From Aigarchaeota archaeon (lineage in GTDB: Archaea; Thermoproteota; Nitrososphaeria_A; Caldarchaeales; Calditenuaceae): a stretch of 64,000 nt of DNA. This document shows, one piece after another, positions 18,887 to 29,029 of the stretch. The notes under the pieces were generated by a model. That model ran no database searches, was not told the DNA's origin, and saw nothing but the letters and a program-made list of their open reading frames with translations. Numbering within the stretch: position 1 is the stretch's first letter; every line of letters starts with the position of its first letter. The position numbers and the translations under genes are program-made. The stretch lies in contig JANXDH010000005.1 in NCBI GenBank assembly GCA_025059745.1, forward strand, positions 77,150-141,149. The letters are read 5' to 3'.

Positions 18887-20254
18887 TTAGGCCTTCACTT
18901 CGGGTTGTTGTGTGGTAGATGGTTGCTTGGCGACCCGCGAGATGCCGTGTCGGTAGAGGTGGAGTAGCAATCCAAAGAGGATAAGGGACATCCCCATGTT
19001 GAACATCGAGACGTTCTGCATATTCGCAAAGTAGGTCTGGAACGCCAACAAGGTCGTTAAGACCATCAGGGCGAAGACTACTGTAGTAGCGACCAAAAGC
19101 CCCTTGCTCGACAGTACGAAGGGTTTCGCGGGCGTAGGCCTCCTCGGCGGTGAAGGTTTGGTAATGAACCTGTACGTTATGAAGAACCCGAGTAGGGTGA
19201 GCGCGGTTATGCTGCCGTAGAAGATGGTTGGCTCTATATACAGCTGCTCGAACGGGGTGGGTTGAGAGAAATCGACGTAGAACCCCCACAGGGTTGTGAA
19301 GATTATCAGTATGATCGAGGATATTCCTAAGGCCGTAAAGAAGGGCCTGTCCCTCCAACCCAGCTTCCTCGACTTGTCCACGAAGGGTATGATTAGGAAC
19401 ATGATCGTGAAGAGGAGCGGAAGTAGTGCCCCTGAGAAGAACCTCTCGGTCCCCGTTCGTATGAACGCATAGATCGCCGTCAGATACCACTCGGGTACGG
19501 TTATCTCAGGTAGTGAGGGGTCGAACCTAAGACCCAGGTGTACGGGGAACATCCCTCCGGCAACGAATATCCCTCCTACCAGCACCAAGACGATGGGTAT
19601 GTCCAGCACTAAGAACCTCGGTATGTGGAATGCCATCAAGACCAGCATTATCATCGGTATTATGAAGACGTGGAGGGCATAGAACCTTACTATGAGGTCG
19701 AACAATCCTCCCCCGATCAGTATGGGCGCGACTGATGGGCCTATGACGGGTGCTGCGAAAGTCAGACCGGTCCCTATGTTGATTGCTAGGAGAGCCCTTT
19801 GGTTCAGGATGAGATCGTAACCTGTATAGGCCTCGAGCACGGTCAGTATGCCTAACAGTATTCCGGTGACCCAGAGTACCTCGTTCTTTATCTTGTACCT
19901 GCCACTGAAGTACTGATAGTAGAGGTGAGCAACAGCCAACAGGACCATGAGGTTAGAGGCGTGGTAATGTAGGTTCCTCATGATGAAGCCGAAGGGGACC
20001 TCCTCCTCGATCTCCTTGACGCTCAACCAGGCGAGCTCGACGTCAGGTCTGTAGTAGAACATCAGGAAAGCCCCGCTTATACCCAGGACGATGAAAGTGA
20101 CTGTTGTAAGAGTACCCAGGTATCCGTAGGGGCTCAGGTACTGCTGCGGTATGGTGAACTTGAAGGACAGGAAAGGCGTCCTCTCTAATCGATCAACAAC
20201 CCATTTGTATAAGCTCTCTCCGAGGTCCCTGAGAGTCTTGGGACGGTCGCTCAT
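18887..20254 (-). CDS. Cytochrome b (bc-complex-like, fused N- and C-terminal domains)
   Basis: Haem-ligand contexts RNLHYHASN and FYALHVFIIP. More than 8 TM helices. Downstream of the Rieske gene. Confidence 0.8.
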   Translation of the reverse strand: MSDRPKTLRDLGESLYKWVVDRLERTPFLSFKFTIPQQYLSPYGYLGTLTTVTFIVLGISGAFLMFYYRPDVELAWLSVKEIEEEVPFGFIMRNLHYHASNLMVLLAVAHLYYQYFSGRYKIKNEVLWVTGILLGILTVLEAYTGYDLILNQRALLAINIGTGLTFAAPVIGPSVAPILIGGGLFDLIVRFYALHVFIIPMIMLVLMAFHIPRFLVLDIPIVLVLVGGIFVAGGMFPVHLGLRFDPSLPEITVPEWYLTAIYAFIRTGTERFFSGALLPLLFTIMFLIIPFVDKSRKLGWRDRPFFTALGISSIILIIFTTLWGFYVDFSQPTPFEQLYIEPTIFYGSITALTLLGFFITYRFITKPSPPRRPTPAKPFVLSSKGLLVATTVVFALMVLTTLLAFQTYFANMQNVSMFNMGMSLILFGLLLHLYRHGISRVAKQPSTTQQPEVKA

Positions 20255-20259
20255 CTGCC

Positions 20260-20814
20260 CTACACCCTCTTTACCATAGAATCGGGCGTCCTATCCCTCC
20301 AGTTCCTCCCATATCCGAGAATACCGTCTATGCCTACTGCGTAGACGTCTCCGGTGGACTCCTCGACCTCCAACTCTACCATGGGGAGCGCATTCGTAGG
20401 ATAGGTCTGATAGAGTACCGGCCCCTCTATTCCCACACCGTCCTCCTCCCTATACACGGAACCGTGGCAGGGACATATCAGCTCACCCCTCTGAGGGAAG
20501 TACGAGGGTAGGCACCATAGGTGTACGCAGACCCTACTGAACGCTCTCAGCTTGTTGTCCTTGGTCTTTATCAGGATGAACTGCCTGAAGGGGTCTGAAT
20601 CGATCTTCTGATCGCCAGTCTTGGGATATACGAAGTTCACGTAGCTCCCTGGCTCGGAGAGTTCCTTTAGATTCGCTATCTTCTGACGGGGCAGCTCCTG
20701 CGTTTCCTTCCTGTAGAAGAAGTCCCTCCCGGTGGCTAGCGGCGCTATAGCCACCAAGGTCCCCGCTGCGAGAATGAACTTCAGGGCCTTCCGTCTATTC
20801 TCCATTTCATACAC
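20260..20814 (-). CDS. Rieske [2Fe-2S] protein with Tat-like signal
   Basis: Cluster boxes CVHLWC and CPCHGS. N-terminal RRKALKFILAAG. Confidence 0.85.
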   Translation of the reverse strand: MYEMENRRKALKFILAAGTLVAIAPLATGRDFFYRKETQELPRQKIANLKELSEPGSYVNFVYPKTGDQKIDSDPFRQFILIKTKDNKLRAFSRVCVHLWCLPSYFPQRGELICPCHGSVYREEDGVGIEGPVLYQTYPTNALPMVELEVEESTGDVYAVGIDGILGYGRNWRDRTPDSMVKRV

Positions 20815-20950
20815 TAACTATCTGCTCTCAATATATACCTACTTCTAAGTGGAGCATTTAAGAAATTACCCACTTCATAGTGGCTCTATGTATTCTACCA
20901 CATACGGACTCGTTTAGCTATAATAACGCGTGATTGATGTAAAGGTCCGT

Positions 20951-21042
20951 GGCCGCGGTGGTGTAGTGGAAGCACTCCGGGCTGTGGACTGAGCTGGGCG
21001 GTAGATACCCGGCAGTCGTGGGTTCGAGTCCCACCCGCGGCC
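20951..21042 (+). tRNA. tRNA-His (anticodon GTG) with encoded G-1 and a 19-nt intron (20988..21006) at the canonical 37/38 site
   Basis: G-1 pairs with C73. Acceptor GCCGCGG/CCGCGGC. Anticodon stem CCGGG/CCCGG is closed only after removing ACTGAGCTGGGCGGTAGAT. Loop CTGTGG|A. T-arm GTGGG-TTCGAGT-CCCAC. TATAATAA box about 30 nt upstream. Confidence 0.85.
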
Positions 21043-21045
21043 TCC

Positions 21046-21372
21046 TCAATCAGGCCAGCTCCAGGACTTGTACAGGATGTACGCGTGCCCGCGTCTGAAG
21101 AACCTATGCCTCACCTCACTGAACGTCACGGAATGGGCCGCTGGAACCTGATCACTACACTCGTCATCAGAGCGAACGACGCGGAAACCAACTACATCTC
21201 CTGCCCTAGACCCGTACGGCTCCTCGCTCACCATCCTACGGCCCTCTATGAGCGATGCGGCGAAGTTGAGCGCGTCGTCATATTCCTTGAAGATAATCCT
21301 CTGGGGGAGAAGAGCGCGGGAGTCGACCCATCCCTTGCCCTGAACGAAGAACTCTAACCCGTAACCTCCCAT
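21046..21372 (-). CDS. Hypothetical protein (about 108 aa)
   Basis: Start taken at the internal ATG (MGGYGLEFF..), which forms a TGATG stop/start overlap with the upstream gene. No family recognised. Confidence 0.45.
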   Translation of the reverse strand: MGGYGLEFFVQGKGWVDSRALLPQRIIFKEYDDALNFAASLIEGRRMVSEEPYGSRAGDVVGFRVVRSDDECSDQVPAAHSVTFSEVRHRFFRRGHAYILYKSWSWPD

Positions 21373-21824
21373 CAGTCCTCCCTCATCCTCCTCGCCCTCC
21401 ACCTGACCAGAGATTCGTCGAGCAATCCAAGGCCGACGAGGCTGAGGCCGAGACCCAGTAAGTGGAACGACCCTGACCACAGGGCGATCAGCAGGAGACC
21501 GCAGGAGACCGTCACTAGGTTCCCTACTAAGCTGCCGGAGAGCGCGAACAGGGCCGTTATCAACAAGACCGTGGAGAGAGGTAAAAAGAATTGAGGAGAT
21601 AGGTGTCTCAACGGGTTAAGGGGTTCGACCAGCAGCGAGCTGATCAAGGTGAAGGTGAGTAGAGCGCTCACCGCGTACCTCGGCATGAACTTCACCCTCA
21701 GACGAGGCCTAACTACCCTGACGAGCGTGAATGCCGAACCACAAGAGGGACAGACCGACTTCCATGCCTGAAGATGGACTTCGTGGTCGCACTTGGTGCA
21801 CTTGAAGAGGTGTCTCTCCTTCAC
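21372..21824 (-). CDS. Hypothetical membrane protein with N-terminal zinc ribbon (CxxC..CxxC) and 3-4 TM helices
   Basis: CTKCDH...CPSCGS followed by hydrophobic helices. Confidence 0.5.
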   Translation of the reverse strand: MKERHLFKCTKCDHEVHLQAWKSVCPSCGSAFTLVRVVRPRLRVKFMPRYAVSALLTFTLISSLLVEPLNPLRHLSPQFFLPLSTVLLITALFALSGSLVGNLVTVSCGLLLIALWSGSFHLLGLGLSLVGLGLLDESLVRWRARRMRED

Positions 21825-21914
21825 GACCTCCTATCAGAGAGCGGTTCGGGGTTAATAAATGAAACCGTTACTAACAGTATTGATGGCTATATATCGGGGT
21901 CTGTAAGGGAGATT

Positions 21915-22901
21915 GTGTTCAGAGAGGACTCGGAGGTGACCGATGAACCTTACGACATAATAGTGATAGGATCCGGCCCGGCTGGGTACACCGCGGCCAT
22001 CTACGGCGCGCGCGCTAACATGAGGGTGCTTGTGATAGCCGGTCTAACACCCGGGGGTCAGCTGATGATCACCAACCTCGTGGAGAACTACCCGGGCTTC
22101 CCAGAGGGGATCGTCGGTCCAGAGCTGATGGACAACATGAGGGCCCAAGCCGAGAGGTGGGGGGCCAGGATAGTATACGAGGACGCGACCGATGTGGACC
22201 TCGATACCTACCCATTCCTCGTGAGGACCGATAACAAAGAGTACAGTGCGCTCTCGGTGATAGTAGCAACTGGCGCGGCCCCGAAATGGTTAGGCCTTCC
22301 ATCGGAGCAGAGGCTGATAGGCAAGGGAGTCTCGAGCTGCGCGACCTGTGACGCTCCGTTATTCAAGAACGCTGATAATGTAGTGGTTGTCGGTGGCGGA
22401 GACTCGGCGATGGAGTACGCACTGTTCACCGCGAATCTCGTCAAGAAGGTCACGGTCGTACACAGACGGGACAGCCTCAGGGCCTCTAAGGTGTTACAGC
22501 AGAGGGCGTTCAGCAACCCCAAGATAGAGTTCATCTGGAACAGCGTAGTCGTGGATGTCCTGGGCGACTCTAAGGTGACCGGGGTGAGGGTCAGGAACGT
22601 GGTTACAGGGGAGGAGTCGGTGATCCCTTCTAACGCAGTCTTCGTGGCGATCGGTCACAGACCTGCCAGCGAGATATTCAGGGGTAAGCTAGAGGTCGAT
22701 GAGGACGGGTACATAATCACAAAGGAGGTCGTGAAGACGAACAGGGAGGGCGTCTTCGTTGCAGGGGACGTGCACGACAAGAAGTACAGGCAGGCTGTAA
22801 CTGCCGCGGGTTTCGGTTGTATGGCCGCCCTGGAGGCGATAAGATACGTGGAGGGCGTCAAGCTCTCTCTGAACGTTCCGCCGAGACAGCCGCGGATCTA
22901 G
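21915..22901 (+). CDS. trxB: Thioredoxin reductase (NAD(P)H-dependent, low-Mr type)
   Basis: YDIIVIGSGPAGYTAAIY, redox-active CATCD and GGGDSAMEYA. The listed ORF start (21774) overlaps the divergent gene. An in-frame GTG at 21915 preceded by AGGGAG is more likely. Confidence 0.85.
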   Translation: MFREDSEVTDEPYDIIVIGSGPAGYTAAIYGARANMRVLVIAGLTPGGQLMITNLVENYPGFPEGIVGPELMDNMRAQAERWGARIVYEDATDVDLDTYPFLVRTDNKEYSALSVIVATGAAPKWLGLPSEQRLIGKGVSSCATCDAPLFKNADNVVVVGGGDSAMEYALFTANLVKKVTVVHRRDSLRASKVLQQRAFSNPKIEFIWNSVVVDVLGDSKVTGVRVRNVVTGEESVIPSNAVFVAIGHRPASEIFRGKLEVDEDGYIITKEVVKTNREGVFVAGDVHDKKYRQAVTAAGFGCMAALEAIRYVEGVKLSLNVPPRQPRI

Positions 22902-23508
22902 CTAAAGAGTGTGCTTCGGAGAGGTGAGGGGGGTAGCGCCATCCAGAGATCTCCAAGAGATCTATGATAGTCGTCATGTCAACCCTGTGACCGATGCTGG
23001 CGTAGAACGTCCTTCCATCATCGCCTGTGCAGACGATACCGACCGGTTCATCATCAACGAATATTAGTTCTCTCTCATTATGTCTGACGACGTCTCCGAA
23101 GAGTATGTGCTTTGCGACGCCTATCGTGGGGACGTCAGCCAGCACGCCTACCATGCTCGCCAACCCTGCCCTCCTCGGGTGCGCCAACCCGTGACCGTCT
23201 ATGAGGAGTACTGAAGGCTTAGGGTCCAACGACCTCACGGTAGAGAACATGATCGGCCCCTCCCTCACGTACAACAAACCGGGCACGTAAGGGTAGTTAA
23301 CTGGTGCGGATTGAACGACCTTCTTTAAAGGCACCTCCTCTGAGAGCCTCCAGACTACCGCGCCGCAGAATGCGACCCCGTTGGAGTAACTCACGTCAAG
23401 AGCACCCAATATCGTCGAGGAGTCTACCTCAAGGTGTTCTACAGCTACAGACCTCGAGATGAGCTCCTGAATCCTCTTGAAGAATTCGAGCGTGACCTCC
23501 TCCATCAT
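22858..23508 (-). CDS. nfi: Endonuclease V
   Basis: GALDVSY.., LYVREGP and IDGHGLAHPRRAGLASMVGV.. motifs. Confidence 0.8.
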   Translation of the reverse strand: MMEEVTLEFFKRIQELISRSVAVEHLEVDSSTILGALDVSYSNGVAFCGAVVWRLSEEVPLKKVVQSAPVNYPYVPGLLYVREGPIMFSTVRSLDPKPSVLLIDGHGLAHPRRAGLASMVGVLADVPTIGVAKHILFGDVVRHNERELIFVDDEPVGIVCTGDDGRTFYASIGHRVDMTTIIDLLEISGWRYPPHLSEAHSLARSAAVSAERSERA

Positions 23509-23566
23509 GTCATCGTATTACCTGGTGTGGCAGATATATATCCTCCAGTTGTTCAGTACATCGTAG

Positions 23567-23752
23567 ATGATAGGTCGGATATGGGCCCTCCTCAAGGGTC
23601 GGGGGACCAGAGTGAGCGAGGAGGAGCTTGAGAGGATGGCTCATCTACTTGAGGGTATAGGTGGGGGTGAGATCCGCGGGCTCTCGACTCGAGTGAGGGT
23701 CGCGAGAGAGGACGCAGAGTCCCTGATAAGGAGATCGAGATGCGTGACGTAA
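23567..23752 (+). CDS. Small hypothetical protein (61 aa), doubtful
   Basis: Only an ORF in the gap upstream of rpiA. No motif recognised. Confidence 0.25.
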   Translation: MIGRIWALLKGRGTRVSEEELERMAHLLEGIGGGEIRGLSTRVRVAREDAESLIRRSRCVT

Positions 23753-24432
23753 GTGCCGGGACTCTGAGAGCGGTGAGGGCCGCCATCGAGTTCGTCGAGT
23801 CATTGGGCGATGGGCTCGTCCTGGGCCTCGGGAGTGGGAGGACCGCAGAGACCCTCATAAGAGAGCTCGCGGAACGTCCCGGATCAAGAACTGGTCTGAT
23901 CAGAGAGGTCGTGGCCACGTCTCTCCAGTCAGAGGTCACTGCCGCGTCTCTGAACTTCCGGACAATATCGCCTCTCTCAGGCTCAATCCCGGACATATAC
24001 GTCGACAGTTTCGACCAATCGGACGGTAAAGGTAATGTTGTGAAGGGGGGCGGGGGGGCCTTGGCTAGAGAAAAGATCTTAATGTTCTCATCGAGGAGGG
24101 TGCTGATGATAGGGGACGAGACTAAACTGAGAGAGAGGATAGATATGCCGATCCCCGTAGAGGTCATACCATTCGGATGCTCTTACTTCAAGAGATTCGC
24201 TGAGTCCAGGGGTTGGAGGCCGGCGATGAGAACTGGTGCTGGAAAGTTCGGGCCGGTTGTCACGGATAACGGAAATATACTATTTGACGTCTCCGTACCC
24301 GTGGTCGATGACCCGATCAGACTTGAGGTGGAGATGAAGATGATACCTGGGGTAGTGGAGGCGGGGATATTCCCGAACAGAGGATATAAGATACTCGTCG
24401 GGAGATCTGACGGATCGGTCACGCAGTTGTGA
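23740..24432 (+). CDS. rpiA: Ribose-5-phosphate isomerase A
   Basis: GLGSGRTA and VKGGGGALAREK motifs. Confidence 0.85.
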   Translation: MRDVSAGTLRAVRAAIEFVESLGDGLVLGLGSGRTAETLIRELAERPGSRTGLIREVVATSLQSEVTAASLNFRTISPLSGSIPDIYVDSFDQSDGKGNVVKGGGGALAREKILMFSSRRVLMIGDETKLRERIDMPIPVEVIPFGCSYFKRFAESRGWRPAMRTGAGKFGPVVTDNGNILFDVSVPVVDDPIRLEVEMKMIPGVVEAGIFPNRGYKILVGRSDGSVTQL

Positions 24433-24439
24433 TGGAGGC

Positions 24440-25876
24440 ATGGCTTTCAGGCATGGCCGTCTTAGAAAGGAATTGACCATGGATGCCGCGGAGTACACCT
24501 CTTCTCTGAGGGTCGACCTCGAGATCGTCAACGCGGCCCTCGTTATCAACGCAGTCCACCTCAAACAGCTCTATAGGCTCGGTTACCTGGATAAGTCCTC
24601 ACTCGTCGCCGCCTTAACCGCCCTGAGGGAGCTCATGCGCAACCCACCCCCTATGACCGATTTCTCGTTGGAGGACGTTCACATAGTCATCGAGGAGGAG
24701 CTGAGGAGGAGGGTGCCCCTCGCCGCGGATATGCTTTCTCTCGGCAAGAGTAGGAACGACACAGTCTCGGCAGCCATAAGGATCAGGGTCAGGGAGCGAG
24801 GATGCGAACTGATCAAGGACTTGCTCGATCTAATCGTAGACGTAGTGGAGGTGAGTGAGCGCGAGGCCTCCACAATATTTCCCGTTTACACGCATATGCA
24901 GCCAGCGATGCCAGCGACTTACGGTTTCGTGCTCTCGTCGTACGCCTCGAGGCTGATCGGTGCTATACGATCATTGCTCAGATCTATCTCCGACTTGAAC
25001 CGCTCGCCACTCGGCGCTGCCGCGATAGCCGGATCCTCCCTACCATTGGATAGACGGTGGGTCGCCGAGGAGTTGGGATTCGAGGGATTGGTGACGAACG
25101 CATTGGAGGCCACATCGTCCAGAGACTTCCTGATAGACGTGCTCGGATCGCTCTTGAGGATCGGCGTCATTTTCAGTGACGTGGGGGAAGACCTCGTGGT
25201 CCTTTCCAGCGCGGAGTTTGGCCTCATCGAGATGGACGAGAGCCTGTCCTCGACGAGCAGCATCATGCCGAACAAGAAGAATCCAGTCGTCGCGGAGGTC
25301 ATGAGGACCAAGGTCGCGGAGGTCGTAGCAGAGCTAGTGAGGGTCGCCTCCATTATCTCGAGACGGTTCGGCGGCTACAACTTGGACCTCCAGCAGTCCA
25401 CGGAATCGACATGGAGGGCCTTCAACTCTATCGAGTCAACAGTCCCGATGATAAGGGCTCTGATTAGAACTACTAAGGTCAATAGAGAGAAGTCTCTTTA
25501 CGCCTGCAGACCGCCGATCGGGATGGTCGAGCTTGCGAACAAGCTCGTCTCTGATCACAAGGTCCCCTTCAGGACGGCTCACGTCATCTGTGGTGAGATA
25601 TCGAGGGCTTTGGAGAGGGGGGAGTTGGAAGATTCGGAGCTCGAGTCTTTGATGAAGAGGCACGGACTCGCAATTAAATTGACGAGGGATGAGATCCACG
25701 AGATATTGGATCCTGTTAGGGTGGTCGAGTCGTACAGAACTGAAGGGTCAAGCAACCCATCGACGGTGAGGGATATGGCGAGGATGACGTTGAGAGAGGT
25801 AGAGGAACTGAGGAGGGCCGTGGAGGAGAAGCTAGAGGCATTCATGAGTATCTACGAGAGGGCCTTCAGCATCTGA
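24440..25876 (+). CDS. argH: Argininosuccinate lyase
   Basis: Fumarate-lyase signature SSIMPNKKNP, and GKSRNDTV. Confidence 0.88.
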   Translation: MAFRHGRLRKELTMDAAEYTSSLRVDLEIVNAALVINAVHLKQLYRLGYLDKSSLVAALTALRELMRNPPPMTDFSLEDVHIVIEEELRRRVPLAADMLSLGKSRNDTVSAAIRIRVRERGCELIKDLLDLIVDVVEVSEREASTIFPVYTHMQPAMPATYGFVLSSYASRLIGAIRSLLRSISDLNRSPLGAAAIAGSSLPLDRRWVAEELGFEGLVTNALEATSSRDFLIDVLGSLLRIGVIFSDVGEDLVVLSSAEFGLIEMDESLSSTSSIMPNKKNPVVAEVMRTKVAEVVAELVRVASIISRRFGGYNLDLQQSTESTWRAFNSIESTVPMIRALIRTTKVNREKSLYACRPPIGMVELANKLVSDHKVPFRTAHVICGEISRALERGELEDSELESLMKRHGLAIKLTRDEIHEILDPVRVVESYRTEGSSNPSTVRDMARMTLREVEELRRAVEEKLEAFMSIYERAFSI

Positions 25877-25881
25877 AGCGG

Positions 25882-26931
25882 TTACCCCAGGTGTCCTCTA
25901 TCGAGCTCGCTGACTGCGCTCCTTATCACCCTGACCGCTAGCTCGAGGTCCTTGAGACTGACTTTCTCGTAGTTCGTGTGGGCGAGCAGGGAGTTCCCGG
26001 GCCCGTAGGCCGCTATGTCCCTAGTCAGCTTGAAGAGCACGTTCATGTCGCTCGAGCCCGTCTTCTTCACGATCTTCGGCCTCTGCCCGTTCATTATCAG
26101 ACCCCTCACCAACGCGCGTGGGACTGGAGACGAGACGCTCGAGCTGTAAGGCTCAGTAGAGTCCAGGACCGATAGGGTGCACTCGTGTAGCGACGTGATC
26201 GACTCGAGCTTGGAGACTATGTTAGAGAGCTGGGCGGATGGGGGGAACCTGATATTGACTATCGCCTCCGCGTATTCGGGTAATTTACTCGGCCAGTCAC
26301 CGGCCTTCAGTACCGTTATGGCGGACGTCTCCTCCTCATACCTCCTGCCGTTGAAGATCGTTCTAACGTCGTAGAGTGCGTCGAGCAACTTGTCCAGTGC
26401 CGAATCACCCATGTAAGGAGCTGAGCTATGACCGCCCCTGCCCTTCGCAGAGATCATGACGGTGAGGCTCCCCCTATAGCTTATGGCGACACCTGTGACG
26501 CCCGTCGGCTCACCGATTATTATGTGATCGATCCTCGGCCTCCTCTCGAGTAACGAGAGCGCCCCGGTACCGGCCCCCTCCTCATCTACTAAACCCATCA
26601 CCACCAACGTAGAGTTTTTCACCTCCACATCAGACCCCGCCTTGAGCATGGCAGCGAAGGGTCCCTTTGCATCGACAGCACCGCGACCCGAGACTGAGTC
26701 CTCGCTCCTCGAGACGTTCAACTCTCCAGGTATCGTGTCCACGTGACCTGCCAGCATGATGACTCTATCACCACTTCCCTTCTTGAAGACGTAATTGCCG
26801 ACTGTGTCCCTCTCGAACTCATCGTATGCAAGTTCTCTCGAGAACTCCCTCATCAAGGGTTCTAACCGACTCTCTTGCCCGGATGGGGAATAGACGTTCA
26901 ACAGCCTGAAGAGTAACGTACCTACGTCCAA
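25882..26931 (-). CDS. lysK: [LysW]-lysine/[LysW]-ornithine hydrolase (M20 ArgE/LysK family)
   Basis: M20 motifs (LAGHVDTIP, GRGAVDAKG). Last gene of the lysWXJK unit. Confidence 0.8.
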   Translation of the reverse strand: MDVGTLLFRLLNVYSPSGQESRLEPLMREFSRELAYDEFERDTVGNYVFKKGSGDRVIMLAGHVDTIPGELNVSRSEDSVSGRGAVDAKGPFAAMLKAGSDVEVKNSTLVVMGLVDEEGAGTGALSLLERRPRIDHIIIGEPTGVTGVAISYRGSLTVMISAKGRGGHSSAPYMGDSALDKLLDALYDVRTIFNGRRYEEETSAITVLKAGDWPSKLPEYAEAIVNIRFPPSAQLSNIVSKLESITSLHECTLSVLDSTEPYSSSVSSPVPRALVRGLIMNGQRPKIVKKTGSSDMNVLFKLTRDIAAYGPGNSLLAHTNYEKVSLKDLELAVRVIRSAVSELDRGHLG

Positions 26932-26972
26932 TCCATCGAGCTAGACCTCTTGTAGAATATATACCTCGCACC

Positions 26973-28142
26973 TCAGGAGCTTCTCCGCGCCGCGGAGACC
27001 GACCGAGTTATCACATCACCCGAGAACTCGACGTCCTCCTCGTTTATGAGATAGGGTGGGAGTAGCCTCAGGACCGTACCACCGGCCTTCAGGGTCAGGA
27101 GCCCGTTGAGCTGGGTCAACTTCAAGACGTCTGTGGGTGAGAACCTCAGATCCAGACCTACCATCAGTCCCCTCCCCTTCACCCCCCTCACGACGCTCTG
27201 TAGCTCGCTCGAGACCTCCAACAATCTCTTCCAGAGTCTCTTGCCCATGACGTCGCTCTTCTCGGGAACGGACTCCTTGATGAGTACATCGACTGCGGCC
27301 TCGACGGCCGCTAACGCTAATGGGTTGCCTCCGTAGGTAGATCCGTGCTCACCCTCCTCGACCCTGCCCGCGACCTCCTCTGATACTGCGACTAGACTCA
27401 CCGGAAACCCTCCACCTATGGACTTGCCCGCGACCATTATGTCGGGCTCTATACCGGCCACGAGGTGAGCCCAGACCCTACCTGTCCTGCCGAACCCGGA
27501 CTGAACCTCGTCGACTATCAAGTAGGCCCCCACCTCCCTGCACCGGTTCTCGAGCTCGCGGAGGAACCCCGAGTCGGCGACGTTCAGTCCTCCCTCACCT
27601 TGTACCGGTTCCACGATGACACCTGCTACTCCGTCATCGATCTTCCTCAACTGATCGAAGTCGTTAAACGGTAGGGACACCTGCTCCCAGGGAAACGGCT
27701 CGAAGCCCTGTTTGTAACGCTGGTTGTAAGTCACCGAGAGCGCCCCCATGGTCCTGCCGTGGAAAGCGCCCGTGAAGTAGACGAACCTCTTTCTGTCCTT
27801 CTGTTTCCTCGCGAGTTTCATGGCGAGTTCAACGCTCTCACTACCGCTGTTCAGAAAGTATACCTCCCTCAGATGATTGGGCAGGACCCGCGAGAGCGCC
27901 CTCAGACAGCGCTCGAGTACGGGAGTGTCGAAGATTGGCATGCAGACCATTAACTCCTCCATCTGTTCTTTTATTCGATTTATGATGAGGGGATTGGAGT
28001 GACCGAGGAAGGCCGCTCCGTTTCCGCAGTGGAAGTCTAGGTACCTCCTGTCCTGGGAGTCCCAGACGTACTGCCCCGAACCTCTGACTATCCTTATCCC
28101 ACGACCGGCTGAAAAACCTAGGACACCCAATGACCCGTTCAT
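26973..28142 (-). CDS. lysJ: [LysW]-aminoadipate semialdehyde/acetylornithine-type aminotransferase (class III PLP)
   Basis: Class III aminotransferase motifs (LIVDEVQSGFGRTG, AGKSIGGG). Cluster context. Confidence 0.85.
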   Translation of the reverse strand: MNGSLGVLGFSAGRGIRIVRGSGQYVWDSQDRRYLDFHCGNGAAFLGHSNPLIINRIKEQMEELMVCMPIFDTPVLERCLRALSRVLPNHLREVYFLNSGSESVELAMKLARKQKDRKRFVYFTGAFHGRTMGALSVTYNQRYKQGFEPFPWEQVSLPFNDFDQLRKIDDGVAGVIVEPVQGEGGLNVADSGFLRELENRCREVGAYLIVDEVQSGFGRTGRVWAHLVAGIEPDIMVAGKSIGGGFPVSLVAVSEEVAGRVEEGEHGSTYGGNPLALAAVEAAVDVLIKESVPEKSDVMGKRLWKRLLEVSSELQSVVRGVKGRGLMVGLDLRFSPTDVLKLTQLNGLLTLKAGGTVLRLLPPYLINEEDVEFSGDVITRSVSAARRSS

Positions 28143-28161
28143 CGCGTCCTTGATGTCCTAG

Positions 28162-29013
28162 TCACCTCCTCAGTTCCTTTATAGATCTTTCTATCATCTC
28201 TGCTGGGAGGTCGTAGTTCGTGACCCTCACGGTGTTCCTGAACTCGATGATACCGTTGACCTCGGAGACGTAAACCTCACCCTCCCTGTCCTCCATCAGG
28301 TCTATGCCCAGGACTCCGCCGCCTATAAAGTCACCGGCCTTAACGGCCACCTCTACCACCTCATTATCGAGCTTCGCGGGTACTGCTCTCGCCCCCCTTG
28401 CCGTATTGGTCTTCCAGCTCTCACTCACCCTGTAGATCGCAACCGGAACTTCGCCCCACAGATAAAATGCTCTGATGTCCCTGCCGGGCTTCTCGATGTA
28501 CCTCTGGATCAGGTGTATCTTGAAGGTCGGGTTAGCGACCGTCTCCTTGAGATCTAAGATGTCATCGAGTGAGTCCGGATCGTGGGCCTTCATGACGTAC
28601 CTCCCCCAACTACCGTGGATCGGCTTGATGACCACTGGATACCCGAGCCTCTCGGCGGCTCGTATGGCATCGGTCCTCGAGTAAGCCACCGCGGTCTCGG
28701 GGACTCGGATACCTCTCTTCGAGAGCAACGTGAGCGTGATCAACTTATCACCGGCCTTCCAAAGGACCTCTGGGTTGTTCACGGTGGGCACACCACTGTA
28801 GTGCAGATAGGACGCGACCGCGAGGGCCCTCGATTGACTGATGCACCTCACGAAGGAGACGCCCAACTCCTCACCTGGAGGCCTCGAGTCGATCCAATTC
28901 ACCGAGTGCATCACATTTATGACTTCCAGCTCATGACCTAACCTCCTCGCCGCATCGATCAGAAGCCTCTCCTCCTCTCTCTGGACGTCGACGAATACAG
29001 AGATCCTAGCCAT
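28162..29013 (-). CDS. lysX: RimK-type ATP-grasp ligase, LysW--alpha-aminoadipate ligase by position
   Basis: ATP-grasp fold similar to RimK/LysX. Located 17 nt downstream of lysW. Confidence 0.75.
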   Translation of the reverse strand: MARISVFVDVQREEERLLIDAARRLGHELEVINVMHSVNWIDSRPPGEELGVSFVRCISQSRALAVASYLHYSGVPTVNNPEVLWKAGDKLITLTLLSKRGIRVPETAVAYSRTDAIRAAERLGYPVVIKPIHGSWGRYVMKAHDPDSLDDILDLKETVANPTFKIHLIQRYIEKPGRDIRAFYLWGEVPVAIYRVSESWKTNTARGARAVPAKLDNEVVEVAVKAGDFIGGGVLGIDLMEDREGEVYVSEVNGIIEFRNTVRVTNYDLPAEMIERSIKELRR

Positions 29014-29029
29014 CTCTTACCTCGGGCTC

